From contig AP026126.1 of assembly GCA_030295235.1 (NCBI GenBank), positions 1,612,001 to 1,676,000 on the forward strand: a DNA stretch of 64,000 nucleotides. The letters are read 5' to 3'. The stretch comes from Fistulifera solaris (lineage: Eukaryota). A program made the position numbers and the translations under genes. Below are positions 37,666-50,864 of this stretch, in pieces. The notes under the pieces are model-generated. The model made no database searches and was not told where the DNA came from. It worked only from the letters and a program-made list of their open reading frames with translations. Each line of letters begins with the position of its first letter. The stretch's first letter is position 1.

Positions 37666-39290
37666 TTATGATACAACCAATAAACGAATATAGACCACCG
37701 GTACCACTATCATCAACATGCAATGTGACTTTATATATAATACGGAATGAACTAAAAGATGATTCACGAGCTTTTCTGCTTTTTTGGGTTGCTGAGATGC
37801 GGAAAGCTCCACGGGTGGAATTTCGCGGCGCTGGGGAACCGAGAAGCAAGCATGGCCCACCAACGAACAGAGATGATCGACATTTTCGCTCAACAGCAAA
37901 CTGACTTTGAGAAAGTCACCACATGCCCAGGTCGTCAACGCGGCTCCAAAGATAGTGGATCGATCATGAACGGATTCTTGAGTCAAACATCGGACCTGGT
38001 TTTGGAGACGAATCGGCGTGATGGTGTTGTCAAGCTTCCACCAAAGATCCTTCGATGAACCGTGAAACTTGAACGAAACATCCAAGTGAATGTGTTCTTT
38101 CATCAAAGCAATCAACTTGGCCATTAGATGGAAACCAGGATCGATTTGAACCCGGAAAACAACCGTGCGAAGAGTTTTATGCGACCCAATTACCTGAGCT
38201 AGCTGATCCCAAAACGAGTCAAGAATAGAAAAACATCCGAGCTCAAGGCGATGAAGGTTCTCATTCGATGCGATTGCTTCCAACAGCTCTACTTCTTGCA
38301 CTTTATTTGGTGGATGATCAAAATGGTAGATCATGCCAAAATCCTTGAGGCTCCCACTTGCCTGCAAAAAAAGAGTATGCAATCGAAAGGGGAACCAACT
38401 AGCAAAGACCAACGTAACTCCTTGCGAAGCGATGGTAAACGGTTCAATATCAGCAAAGTAATGTGGATGCAAAATCGTGTACTCAACATGTTTTGCAGGA
38501 TAAGCAGTGCGAGCCTTTAAACACTGCGAGCTATGAAAAATTCCACTGTTCGTTTCGAGCGAAACTTTGGAAAGTACACTCAAGGCTTCGGAATGTTCAC
38601 GGGATCCGACGCGGCATTCTGAGACGGAGAAGTAACAATCAAAAGTGCTTGATTGAAACGATAGTATACCGAAGTTGCTGGTTCGCTGAGCAAGCGCTCT
38701 GCAAAAGGGTACTACTTCATGCTTGCATTCGAGACCCACATAAAGAGGATCCGGGTGCGATGCCAATACGATAGATTCTTCAACGGAAAGATAGCACCAG
38801 CGACTAAAAAGATCATTCTGCGCGGATTTGCTTTGATATAATCGTGAAGAAACTGGGACGTGATAAAAGATGTTGAGACCCAGGGTTTACCGCGACGACT
38901 GTCGCGAACTGCAACTCGGACTTCTTCGGCTTTTTCATCCTTTAAACACAAAAGCCGTGCCGTGACTCGTGCAACTGAATCATATGATTTCCCGTAGATT
39001 TGCACCGTTTCCCGCTCAAAGTTGATGTTCAAGCTAGCTGTTCGAAAAGGCGAGTTGTCAGGCACACTATTTGGTAGTCGCTTCAACATGATGAAGCTTT
39101 CGTCGTTCAACCAGATAATTTGAGTTCCTTTCATATCCTTAAAAAGATCATCAACGGTGACAGGAGAACGATTTTCACAATGAAACTGCATCTTTGAGCT
39201 CCACTTCGTCTCGCTCAGCTGGCTCATTAGCGTTGACTTTTCATCGTCAAAATCGCCAGACACAAACTTTCGAAACCAATAGGAATTCAT
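37666..39290 (-). CDS. Hypothetical protein of a diatom lineage-expanded LRR-like family (frameshifted)
   Basis: ORFs 38712-39290 and 37666-38766; LLEAIASNENLHRLEL / LAQVIGSHKTLRTVVF RNI-like repeats and a C-terminal IFGAALT...LLLSENVDHL signature. Confidence 0.6.
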
Positions 39291-39602
39291 CGTTCTTTCA
39301 TGTATGTTCGAGCGCTTCTATTATTTGAATTCTGATAAGCGAAAGAGAATGGTTTGAGTCGTTCACAGATGTGAATGATAAGAAATACGTGGTACCGAGT
39401 ACTGGTACCTGGTAATGATGCTTTGGTCCCAGATCATCGTCACCGGGCGCGTTCTCTAGGTAGTACTTGTATCGTTCAGTCGCTTCTAATGGTGCGTCAA
39501 GTTCCGAAAGATACAATAAGAACGAAAGTAGCATGTGCCGTTGCGATTTATCCACTGTTTTAAGGCTTACCAAGTAAGGCTAAGGATAAATCATTGTGTC
39601 TC

Positions 39603-39839
39603 ACTGTAGCCCAACTACGGTACTTGTATTTCGGGGGAACCACGCCTCACATTACAGTCATGAATCAAATTCGTTCGACCAGCCACACGACGCTAACTCA
39701 GTAAGATATGTCTCTTTTGTTGGACAGCTATCATTGCAAAAGCATTTGCAAAGCATGCAGCCATTCTTTACCAGGAAATTTCCAAAAACTATAGCCCAAT
39801 GTGTAGGCTCAATTTCAAAACGACTGGATTCAGTCATGA
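39603..39839 (+). repeat. Dispersed promoter-proximal repeat, locus C (two degenerate direct units)
   Basis: ACTGTAGCCCAA (39603)...CCACGCCTCACATTACAGTCATGA (39640-39663); ACTATAGCCCAA-TGTGT-N13-AAACGACTGGATTCAGTCATGA (39788-39839). Confidence 0.75.
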
Positions 39840-39864
39840 ATCGAGCTTCCTCCGCTCCGCCGAC

Positions 39865-39887
39865 GACTCATGACTCATGACTCATGA
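39865..39887. promoter_or_regulatory. (GACTCAT)x3 tandem containing two AP-1-type TGACTCA sites
   Basis: gactcat gactcat gactcat ga, ~70 bp upstream of the Nudix ATG. Confidence 0.4.
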
Positions 39888-39956
39888 TTGATGGCATTGC
39901 TATCAGCACGGGCACGTACTACGTGCCTTTCCCTGGTACTTGTGCATAACATCACC

Positions 39957-41211
39957 ATGGCGTTAACATTCCTTCGTGCATTCATCACTCTTTCTCTAGG
40001 GGCTGCCCCAATACTGTTCGCTTCAGGCTTTAGTGCGCGCGAGCTCTTTTGTCACAGCTTAACGCTATCTGCGCACTCTACGGTTCGAATGGAAGGATCC
40101 ACCGACGACGCTGCCGTCAAGACAAAGACGACAACATCTCTCGCCGGTCCATTTGTTATCGAATGCGAGTCAAATGCTACAAGATCAATCTTTAAATGCA
40201 CTCCGATCAGAGAAGCGAATATTGATCGAGAAACATTCTCTTCAGAGGGAGGACAAGCATGGGCGGCACTTCATCATTCTCATCGACCCGAAAATGCACG
40301 CATTACTCTTCAAGCTCACTGGGACGGCCCTGAATGTAGAGTGCGACTTACACCGGAAGATGCGGAAATTGATGCGTCACTGCTGTCTACGCTTTCGCGT
40401 GTACTGGTGCAATGGTCGATCGCGTCGCGTGAGCCAGTGTCTGAACAAATCACAATTCACTTCCCCCCGGGAGGATGAGCCTTTCTTACTGCAATGGACA
40501 GACCTGGCTGTCGCATCATCTCATCTATACAAAAATATTCCCGGAGAAATGGTGGAAATGGTGGACCGTACTGGCGCGGTATTGGGCCACGTACCCAGAA
40601 AACTGGTTCATCAGCACAACATACTTCACCGAGGGATTGGAATTTTTGTGACCAAGGATCATCCCATACAAGAAAATCAACGACCTGACTTGTACACACA
40701 CCGCCGCACTGAAACTAAACGAATCTTTCCATCTCTTTATGACATGTTCGTGGGAGGTGTTTCGTTGGCAGGCGAAGATGCCATTATAACAGCTCGACGT
40801 GAAGTGGAAGAGGAGCTAGGACTGTCTTGTGGCGATCATCTCCGTCCACAAAGACTCCTGCAATGTGTTGTCTGTACAGCTTACAATCGTTGTGTTGTGG
40901 ATTTGTTTGTCTATGTTATGAATACGAAAGAAGAGTCAATTAAGTGGCAAGACGAAGAAGTTGCGTGGGGATCGTTTGTGCCCTACAAAACCATAGAAGC
41001 GGCCGCAGATCGATCCATTCATCGCTTAGCGGAACGAGGAGAATGGCCGGGGAGATATCCTCCCATCCAATCCTCGCGAATGGGAAAGTTGGACCCCGAA
41101 GACGAAGGGATAAGGTTTGAGGGCGCCACGGAATGGACCTCGTGGGATTTTGTTCCAGATGGACTACTTGTTTGGGAGGCATGGTTGCGGCACTGTCAAG
41201 GAGATCAATAG
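39957..41211 (+). CDS. Nudix hydrolase (IDI/YfcD-like), signal/plastid leader, frameshift near 40465
   Basis: VEMVDRTGAVLG, ILHRGIGIFV, HRRTETKRIFPSLYDMFVGG, Nudix box GVSLAGEDAIITARREVEEELGL. Confidence 0.85.
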
Positions 41212-41642
41212 GAGAGGGGAATGGTAAAGCGTATTATGCTAGACTACAAGAATCAAAGGCTAGTATATTATCGAATCTAATTCCACTGCCCTCCTACGTT
41301 TTTTGTACAGGATTGGCCATCATGATATCAAGCATTTATAGACTAGAAATACGAGTCAAAACCTAGACGAGCTACCATATACTTCGTAAATATTGACATT
41401 CAATAAATTCAATAATATTATGAGCATCTTGGATGAAACATAGTCGCACACAATCCTGATACAACTTTGACTTGAACGACGAGTTCTAATCGGTCGTCCT
41501 CATCCACTGCCGTCTTTGACAAATATTGTTGACGTATTTTGGTCGTTGGACTTATCAGTTGCGATCGAAAGAGGTAGTTCGCAGGATTTTGTCGCTCCAG
41601 AGATTTTACGGCGAAGAGATCTCCCGCTAAGGGGTAGTGACC

Positions 41643-42196
41643 TTAAAAAGGCAAGCTATTCCTGCGTTGATCAAGCTCATCCTTTACACGCCAATAAACC
41701 AGTGAGAAAGGACCGTACAATGTTCCATAGTAAATGGGCATGTTGAGATATTCCAGTGGAAGATGCAGAAATTCAAAAGATTGATAACTAACAGAAAGCC
41801 AAAGGAAATCAAAACGGCCATAAAAGGATAGACAGGAAGCACGTAACAGAAAGCTTTCAGAACCCGAGGTAAGAATTCTCTCCAGAAATGTAAAGGGGGA
41901 AGTTTCCGACGGCAGTCGGTGTAAAGAGCTATGATGTAGGCTAACGCCGCAAATGCAATTTTCGGAACATGAAGGGCACCCTGAAAGAATTCCTCAACTG
42001 TACTCGCTATCCCCGATAATCGATCAAAGACATTGATTAGCATCGCTGAGATTACAAGAGCCCTGTTGCGACGTGATAGCCATATGCGTTTCCAAGTTTC
42101 ATAACTACTCGGGAATGTGTTGGTGCTGTCACCGATGAGCAGGTACTCTGTTGCCAGAAACGTCAATAGCAACGCGTTGGCCACTTCGGAAAGCAT
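41643..42196 (-). CDS. Hypothetical multi-pass membrane protein (frameshift near 41770)
   Basis: Hydrophobic ORF 41684-42196 continuing in another frame as PLEYLNMPIYYGTLYGPFSLVYWRVKDELDQRRNSLPF*. Confidence 0.55.
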
Positions 42197-43311
42197 CCCG
42201 CCGTATGGACATTAGCTACGGAAACGAAAGCCTGTATATATTTATTTTCGGTGTTATGGGATGCAATTATCTCTGTGTTACCATCTCCATCATGAATGCA
42301 TACAAGAAATGTTTCAGAGGGAGATCGTTGACGAAAAAATCGATCGACAGAGGTGTTTTCACGTCCCCAGAAAATCTGCGGGAGTGGTATTTTCGTGTGA
42401 CCAGAAAATCATTTCGGCATGTGTTGTTTTCAAATAAACAGAAAATCTGGGTATGGGTGTGTTGATGTTAACAGATGATTGTCTGTGCATGTGCATCGAA
42501 TGGAACCAGTTGTTGGCACTACCCTTTCATTCAGTTCAAAATGTCATTGTGAATTGTGATGGGATTCAGCGCGGAATCGAATGACAGGAACTCTTCTGTC
42601 GATTGGCCGCAATTGCTCAGTGACGACAGAAGTGACTGTCAGAGGAGTACGTCCTTCAGATCGAATGCGCGCTTTCGGCATTACAGTTAAGCTTACAGCC
42701 GTCGGTGTACGATCCATCACTGTCGATACTTAAACTGCTTTGAAAGATGGGGTAGCAAAGGCTTCCTTCGCTACTTTGCCATCAAACGCCGTCCTCGTTG
42801 ACGCAAGGAGAATCGAATCTGTTCCCTCAATCCTCGTGTTGCATGTTGTTCGGAAATACAATATGTACAATGACGAGAGCGGAACGCATTGCTATGAAGA
42901 ACCGAAGAATGAATCACGATGAGGGCAAAACCATCTCGACAAACTGGACAAGGTTGTGAACTGACATCGATTTAAATTCCTGAGTATGCTATTGTTACCG
43001 AGGAGCTAGGTTTGCAAGGCCCCCATTCTTATTTGACGAACCGTCTCGATCTTACGCCGAATAGTACCCGGTTATTAACTAAGTAATGACGTGCTGCTTT
43101 CATGATAGGCTTCAACGGCATTCTGCAGCAGAAAATTGTGACGGAAAGTGAGTTTATTTTGTAGTCAGACCCATATCCAGTTTTCAAACAAAGGAAATCA
43201 TAAAAGACGAAATTCATCCAAAATTTCTTTCAGACCTATCGATCCAATTTTGTCGATTTATAATCACTTTCCACAAAACAACGAGCGACTTCGAAAGCAA
43301 CTTACTCCAAT

Positions 43312-46300
43312 TTATTGCAACTGGCGCTTGGCCATGTGAAAGCGACCAACGTCACCCCTGCGTCGTGGTCCAGTCGTTGTGAACATTAGCTCGAAATCAG
43401 CATCCGAGTAATCTTCGCTGTTAGCCATGTAATAAGCGACAAGCTCCTCCATATCAAACTCAAGCATCGCGATGAATCCAGCAGACTTTTCGAACGACGC
43501 CGCAGCAAGTTCAACATCCCAAAACGAATTATCAAAAGACGTCGCTCCTTTCAAATCTCGATAAAGGACCGAACCACTTCGGTCCAACGACTCGACACCG
43601 TTAAGCGTCAAAGGTGCTTTCTGTATAACACCATGTCCCTGCGCAATCAAACGAACATTTTGCATCAAGAAGTACGGAATGAATTGCTCCAAAGTCGAGA
43701 AAATGTAGGCTGTGACTGCATTGCCTGCAGCTTCTCGTAAATTGTCGCTCGCGCTTGTGATATAGTCGCCTAGGTCATTCACTGACGAAGGGATGCGAAC
43801 AGCATCCTGCGCAACAAGCGTAGAACTTTTACACACCCGTGACATTCGACTAATCGTCTGGAAGAGCATATCAAGTCGACAGAACTTAGCCATTTTTATT
43901 CCACTGGTCCTGATCGTTTTTATCGCCTCACGTAGAGCTCTCGTGGAGGAGAGCAACTTTGTTTTCCCGTCTTTTCCATAAATCGTCAATCGAGCCTCTA
44001 GCAGTCCAGCCAATTTTAATAAACTATGCGCAAGACACGCCGCCCGCATCAGTTCTTCATCCGTAGAAATCGATATTTTCTTGTTTTCTTGGGAAAAGTC
44101 TAAGTAAGGTTTCAAATAAGACAATTCAAACTGGAGGGCGGCATCTTCACCTTCAGTACCGTCAACAAATTCATCTAACGATCGTGCACCCTCTACGGCG
44201 CTATTGGCGGCATTCTTTCGACCGACAGTATCCGAGGGTGAAGGTGCCAGAGGTATAAGTCCGGACGATTGACCTCTTTTTCCGCTCCTAAAGAAGAAGT
44301 CGACAAAAACCCATCTGAGTAGGCGTCTACCAGTCTGTTGAAAGGCCTTCGGCGCTCCATGACGGCGGAAAAGGAAGTGGCTTCACCCTCCTCTTCTGAA
44401 AGCATAATCAATGCAGTCTTTCCACTACAAAGCTTTGCGACCTGTGCCTTTACACGAGACATGAATGTGAGTACCGTGTGCTCAAGCACCGCCACCAAAG
44501 GCATGTACATCTCTCCGTCTTGAGGAAGGCGATGAAGTGCCAGAAAGAGCGGCCCAGTGGCGTTGAACATGCTCTTACACGCAACACACATCTCCACATC
44601 TCGTGGGTCATTACTGTGAGGACGAGCGTAAAGACCACGATCTAAGACAGGATCAAATGCGTCGCGCCGTTCAAGACCCAAGACTGTCCCGTTAACTGCT
44701 TCGACCTGCATGTCAGGCAGTAGCTCTTTTCAATAACTTGGTCAAGATACGTCAGGACGGGAATTTCGGTCATCGTTACAAAGGATGGCGCCGAGGTGTC
44801 CTCTCCAGTGAGTTTAGCGAGTGCCAACTTGGCGTCCGACAAAGCACTCGTCCATCGGGATATACTCTTACGGAAGACAAGGGCGTGACGAGGGTGGGGA
44901 TGTGCTTTAGTTTTCGCGAACAATACGGTCGACACAAATTTTGAAGTAGACATTTCCATAACATTGCTTCTCGTTGCAGAAGAGACCCCTTCGATGCCGA
45001 GTTTGCTTCCTGTTGCGACAATATTCATCGAAAACAAACCCGACTCGAAAGGAGTGTTTGCATTGTCCACAGCTCCAGCTAAACCGTTTTCACGCTCGGA
45101 TGGATGGAGACAAACCTTTAAGAAATCACGTATTTCGCGCTGCATCGAATCCCACGCCTGATTAAGTACTGTCCGCATCACGGTGGAGGGAGACGGGATT
45201 GACTTGAGCAGTTCCTTGTCGGAGCTCTGTAAAGAAATCGTCAGTTCCACTACAACAAGGTACGGCCTGAAATCAATGCCAAGTAGATACGTACAATTCT
45301 GTAGCGTAAAATTTGTGCCAAGTGCGACATTCGTAGCATCACACATCCAAAAGCGGATAAGAGATTCGTCATATGGCGCCGAAAGTCTTGCATGCTTTCT
45401 CTCGTCATCGAAGACCGGATCGATTGCGCGCTTCGTCTCTTTTCCATACGAGCGAACGTTCGAGCTTGCTCCTTCTGTACCAGAGTTCTTATTTCTGTTT
45501 GCAAACTATCCGATAAAACTCTTTCCACATCGTCCAGTCGCTTGAGTTCTGACAAACATTCAACAATAATGCGGAGCGCCATGACAGAATCGCCAAAACG
45601 AGGTAACTGTCGCTGTCGCGAGACTGAGGGTTTCATGTTCGCTTTTCTTGTGAGTTCGTTCAACAAAAGGTCTTCCATGCAACGTCTTTCGTCCGCTTCA
45701 AGATCCAGCTCGGTATCTAAAACAGGAACCGGTATCATCATTAGTTTCTTTTCAGACAGCGCCTCTTTTCGAAGCACAGCCCCGCTATTTGTCGTACTGT
45801 CCTCTACGGAATTAACGAATTGGCTACTCCTGACTGGCGAACCGTTAAGCAGTGCAAGTTCTTCTTCTTCGTCAAAATTTTCTTCAAGCGAAAAGATCGA
45901 AGCATCGGAGCCTAAGGATGTGACGGACATGGCATCATCTCTTTCTTCGACCGAAAGAAACAGCGTGTCTTCCAAACCTTCAAAAAGAGCAAAGGGATTG
46001 TACATGCCGTAACTGTTGTAAACTGCCGACAAGCGTTTGTTTTCTACACACGCGCTTGTACTGGTCTGGAGACTGCGGTTACGGTCTCCCGAAGCAAGGG
46101 AAGCCGAATCGCGCTTGCTGGCAGCCAAACGAGGGATGGAAGCCGCCTGGCGAACTTCGTTACCATTTCTCAAGTAGATAATGTCTTGTAGAGTTTCCCA
46201 CACAATTTCTTCTCCTTTTGTTTCCTAAGTAAGAGCTGCTCCATGATTTTGTGCAAGGCCTGAACTTGAGCGACATCATCGCTAAACATTGTTTTCAATG

Positions 46301-47009
46301 CGCTGCTGATCTGCAAGACAGCAGCACCAATTCGACAAGGCTGTTGCGAAATGTATTGATCAAATCTTGCGGGTGCTGCACGGATAATGTCCAACCGATC
46401 CAAAAGAGCTAGGACCGATTCGCATTCGAGTTTCTTGAGCCATAGTTCACGGAGTGACATGGAAGCGGCATTTTGCGGTCGCTGTTTGCTATTTCCTGTC
46501 TCATTCGGGTTTGCCGACGCCCCCAACGTATCTTGAATGTCACGTACTTGCTGGCGTAACTGACGGACTCGGCTAACTGCATCATTGAATTGACGGGCCA
46601 CTTTACCGACCTGAATAACGGATCCATTCAAATCAGCGCAGTGAATGACAGCCATGTGCTCAATAGCACCTTCGACAATCTGATATTGTGCCTTCAAATT
46701 GCGATATGCTGGATTTTTGCTGAGATCCTTGTGCGAGGACTGGACAGTTGCATCGTCAATCATCTGTAGCCCTAGAACGTCGATGACTCGATGAATGGTA
46801 TTAAAACGCTTGGGCTCGGCGAAGAAATCTTCATCGACTTCGTCATTCAAGCGACGTTCAAGTTCTAGCAATTCGAGATCTTCATCGTCGTCATCATCGT
46901 ACGAACTCTTTTCATAGTAGGAGGAGCTTCCCATTGCTGACGCCCGGCGACTCGTTTTCGTCGCATTGGCCAGTTGCTCTTCTCCGTCATCGGTACTGTT
47001 GCGCGGCAT
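43312..47009 (-). CDS. SEC8: Exocyst complex component Sec8/EXOC4 (intron 45227-45294; frameshifts)
   Basis: N-terminal coiled coil HCADLNGSVIQVGKVARQFNDAVSRVRQLRQQV...LRELW...LLDRLDIIRAAPARFD, then a long helical rod across five consecutive ORFs. Confidence 0.7.
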
Positions 47010-47524
47010 GGCGATCAAGTCTCTGTTCTGAAACTAATCGAAACAATCTCGGCGAAATGAACTGGTTTCGCGGCTATAAATTAATTTGCGTTTAACGTCT
47101 TTCAGTTCCAGTAAATTACGGTGCAAGGTGAAACAAGAATAGTAACATATAGAATATACAAAGATACGGTGTTGGTTATTGTTGCCGCGGAGACGGGCAA
47201 CCCCAACTCGGTGCAGCAAACAGCAAACAAAACGCCCGTCTCCAAAAATGCGTCCGTTTGATGCGCGCCGGCACGTCTTTGCCCGTCCCCCAAACAACAA
47301 CTCGGAGCGGTAATGAATACGGTACTTGCAATGTTTGCGGCATTCGTGACTCTCACAAGACAGTTCAAGATTCCTTCAAGATTCATTCTTCCCCCGAAAT
47401 TGACACACAATGCGTAGTACCAGGGTACCAGGTACTGCTCCTTTCTCATTCGTTTTATAATCGTTTTATAATGCGGAGAAATATGCTAACATAAACAATT
47501 CATCAATTCTACCATTCTATCGGA

Positions 47525-49000
47525 ATGTCAGCTATCCAGTCAATCTATGCAACCTTCGGCGCTTCTGTGCGTTCGGTAGGAACCGCCATGACGTTAGCCG
47601 CAGTTGGGTTTTATTTGCACCAACGAGGATTTATTGATGGACAAGGCAAAAGACCTTGGCCCTAATATCACAGCAAGTTACGTTTCCTCTCTTTTTATTC
47701 ACCAAAATCATTTATTGCAATCAAAACTGGAGTGACAAACCGTGTCCAGATGTGACAAAATCGTTACAAGATGTATGGTTGCTTCTGTTTTGGCCGATCT
47801 ACGTCGTTTTCTGTGGAACGATCGTCGGCCACTTCGTTGGTAAAGTTACGAAAACACCTAAGCAGCATATGCGATCTGTTCTGGCGGCTTGCGCACTGGG
47901 AAATACAACAGGATTACCCATTACTTTGTTAACGGTGGTGCACGCAAATTTTTCGTCGACGAGCGATTTGGGACGAATCGACCCAACTCTCTTCTTGTCT
48001 GTTTATTTGCTTCTTTATCCTGCTTTACAATGGGGATACGGGGGATGGCTTTTAGCTCCTGATAATTTACAGGCCACAGAGAAATCAAAGGACTGCGAAC
48101 TTCCGACATCAACAACGTCGATTACCGCAACGCTGAATCAAAATGTTCTCAATAACTTGGAAGCTGCCGCATACTACGACAAGCATCGACATGGACTTGT
48201 AAGCGCTGACGAGGGTATGTACGTAAGCGAGGGAAATTTGAGGGATCTAGACACTGATGCTACTTCCGAAACAACGTCCCTGATAACAAAGACGGATCCG
48301 GAGAATTATCAAAGCACAGCTCTTTCTGTACAACCCGAGGGAAAATCCCTTGACGCTGTTCCCTCTCCCGTTCCTAGCATGGAAAGCACACTGTTGGAAA
48401 CTATGCAAAATATATCAAGTCGCTGTTTACAGCCACCAGTTATTGGAAGTATCACCGGGCTACTCATCGCAATCTTCCCACACGTTCGAGGTCTCCTAGT
48501 CGACTTGAACTATCGCTCCTCATCAGCTCCATTCCAGTGGTTCTTTGATGGACTGTACGTCGTGGGCTTATCCGCTGTTCCTATCAACATGATGATTTTG
48601 GGCTGCAATCTTTCCTCTAGCGCACAAAGTTGGATCAAACGATCTTCTTTGTCAAAAGTTCATTCGCAAACAACAATTTTCTGCCCATGCCGAGTATGCT
48701 TGGTATTGTAGTTGGCAAGATGCTTTTACAACCCCTTGTCGGTATCTTATCGGTGGCCTTACTGCAACGATATTGTCTCCATGTTCCCGACGACATTGAT
48801 GGTTCTTTTACTTGGTGCTCATGATTGTCTTTTTGTGCCCTACAGCAAACAATGTCATGGTTATGATTGAGCTTAGCGGCATGAGCGACGGCGCCAAAGA
48901 AGGTATCGCTACCGTGATCGGATTACAGTACGCTGCAGCACCCATCTTATTGAGTGTTACAATGTCCATTGCGATAGGCTTAGCGAGTCACTGGTCTTAA
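47525..49000 (+). CDS. Auxin efflux carrier / PILS-like membrane transporter (frameshifts)
   Basis: QQVTFPLFLFTKI, ACALGNTTGLPITLL, QPPVIGSITGLLIA, GLSAVPINMMILGCNL, CPTANNVMVMIEL; 5+5 TM architecture. Confidence 0.85.
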
Positions 49001-49284
49001 GAGTGGCTTGCTTTTTGTTTTGACTTTTGAATATCTTTCTTAATAATTTGCTGTTTTAAAAGGCAATCGAACTATATATTCGAAGGCTTCAATGACTGAT
49101 CGGACCTTAACCTCCTTAGCAACGTAACGCTGTGACGCTGCCAAACTAAGTTTTGGGTCACGCTTGAACTACACACGCTCGTGTATCATTCTCATTGTTG
49201 TCGGCGCGTTATTTGCTTCCAAACGAGACAACAACATTAACAAATACTCCGGTAAATTACTAGCCAATTGAAGCGAAGTTAGCA

Positions 49285-50482
49285 ATGAAGGCAAATGTTT
49301 TTGCTATAGTGATTTTCTCTTTTCTTATCTGTCAAGAAAATGCATTTACCATTCCCAACGCTGGTGAATCGAGGCAAACTGCCCTTCCAATGTCGTCGAC
49401 CGGTTTCGTGAAACCTCGGACGGGCGTTCTTCAATCTCTGCTCAATATGATGCTCAATTCACCAGTGTGGAAATATGTACTCGTGCCACAAGCTCGGAAA
49501 AGATGGAAGACACTGCCGCAGAGAACGGAATTCCCTGGGCCGAATGTCGCGCGTGGCTCGAGTCTCAAGACGGACCATGGCAAGAAAGACCGATTTTGCA
49601 CGATACAACAAAACTCCCTGATTACTATCAAAACTCATTTCATGCCTATGAGCAAGGAAATCTGTGTTGGGAGGCTGCATTGGAAGTTGAGATTGCTTCG
49701 TCTGCCGTCGGCGCCAGGAATTTTCCGAAATACGGCCGATTGGGTGAAAGGGCGTTTCGAGATTCCTTCGATGCAGCTCTGATGGACGGAGGAGCAACTT
49801 GTCCTAAAGGAGCTGTTGTTGTTGATCTGGGATGTGGGACCGGTATCAGTTCACGACGATTGGCCGAGCGCCACCCGCATGCGGCGAGCATACTTGGATT
49901 AGACCTCAGCCCCTACTATTGTCAAGTGGGAACGTATTTACTCGATAAAGCTCCAGTTCTATCGCTAGAACAAGGGGGACACTGGGTGAATGAAATCAAA
50001 AAGACAATCGCATTTGCTATAAAGTTGGAGATGCCACACAAACAGGACTACCAGACAGTTCGGTCGATGTTGTCAATTTACAATTTGTTTGCCACGAGAT
50101 GCCTTATAGAGTGGCAGTGGATGTTCTGAGAGAAACACACCGCATTTTAAAGGACGGGGGCCAGCTGTGGTTCTGCGAAATGGATTTTGAAACTCCTGGC
50201 TACGCTGCCCAGCGTGCGAATCCGTTGCTATTCTCGTTATTACGATCCACAGAGCCGTACCTAGACGACTACGCCGATCACTCGCGCGAAATCAGAAGTG
50301 CATTAAAAGAGCTATTTGCTTACACCACGATAACTCCAGCAACAGGCCGACACTTTGCCATTGTTGCAACGAAAGATTCCAAGAAATTAGATCATGTATT
50401 AGAAGACAATCGATTCGATGAGAGTGGTACTTATCGTGTCGAGGACACCCACCTGAGGGTTTTCGAGAATAAAGAGTCGTGA
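49285..50482 (+). CDS. Class I SAM-dependent methyltransferase, plastid-targeted (frameshifts)
   Basis: PDYYQNSFHAYEQGNLCWEAA, VVDLGCGTGIS, GLDLSPY, LRSTEPYLDDY; leader ENA-FTIP. Confidence 0.85.
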
Positions 50483-50864
50483 GAGGACAGGCAGATCAGT
50501 ATGCGAGTACCTGATGATTTTACAGATTACCACTTGTTGTCATTAATAGCTAATAGCGCTACCTGGTAAGTGTTTAGTCGCCCTATTGAGCCCGTCTCTC
50601 TAGTTTTTAGATTTGTGTCCAGGTGGGTCACGGAATGACAAAGGGCTGCTCTTTTTCTTATAGTACGAGTACCAGTCTTTCCTCGTTAGACGCCCATTCT
50701 ACTTTAGTACGTTCTTATTCATCGCATGGACGAATGGAAACGGAGCACGGAGCATTGCCCTCGAATAACGTCGATTATTTATTACTCCGTAACATTGTGG
50801 CCACCAAAACTCATGGAACAGTAACACATGTTGTTATAACGCTAGAATGGTCACACTACAATGA

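Noticed and set aside
42915..42990. CGATGA...CTGA...CTGA snoRNA-like boxes
   Set aside because: No terminal stem and no recognisable rRNA guide.
45392..46012. 206-aa Ser-rich plus-strand ORF and similar short overlapping ORFs elsewhere
   Set aside because: Antisense or alternate-frame shadows of identified genes.
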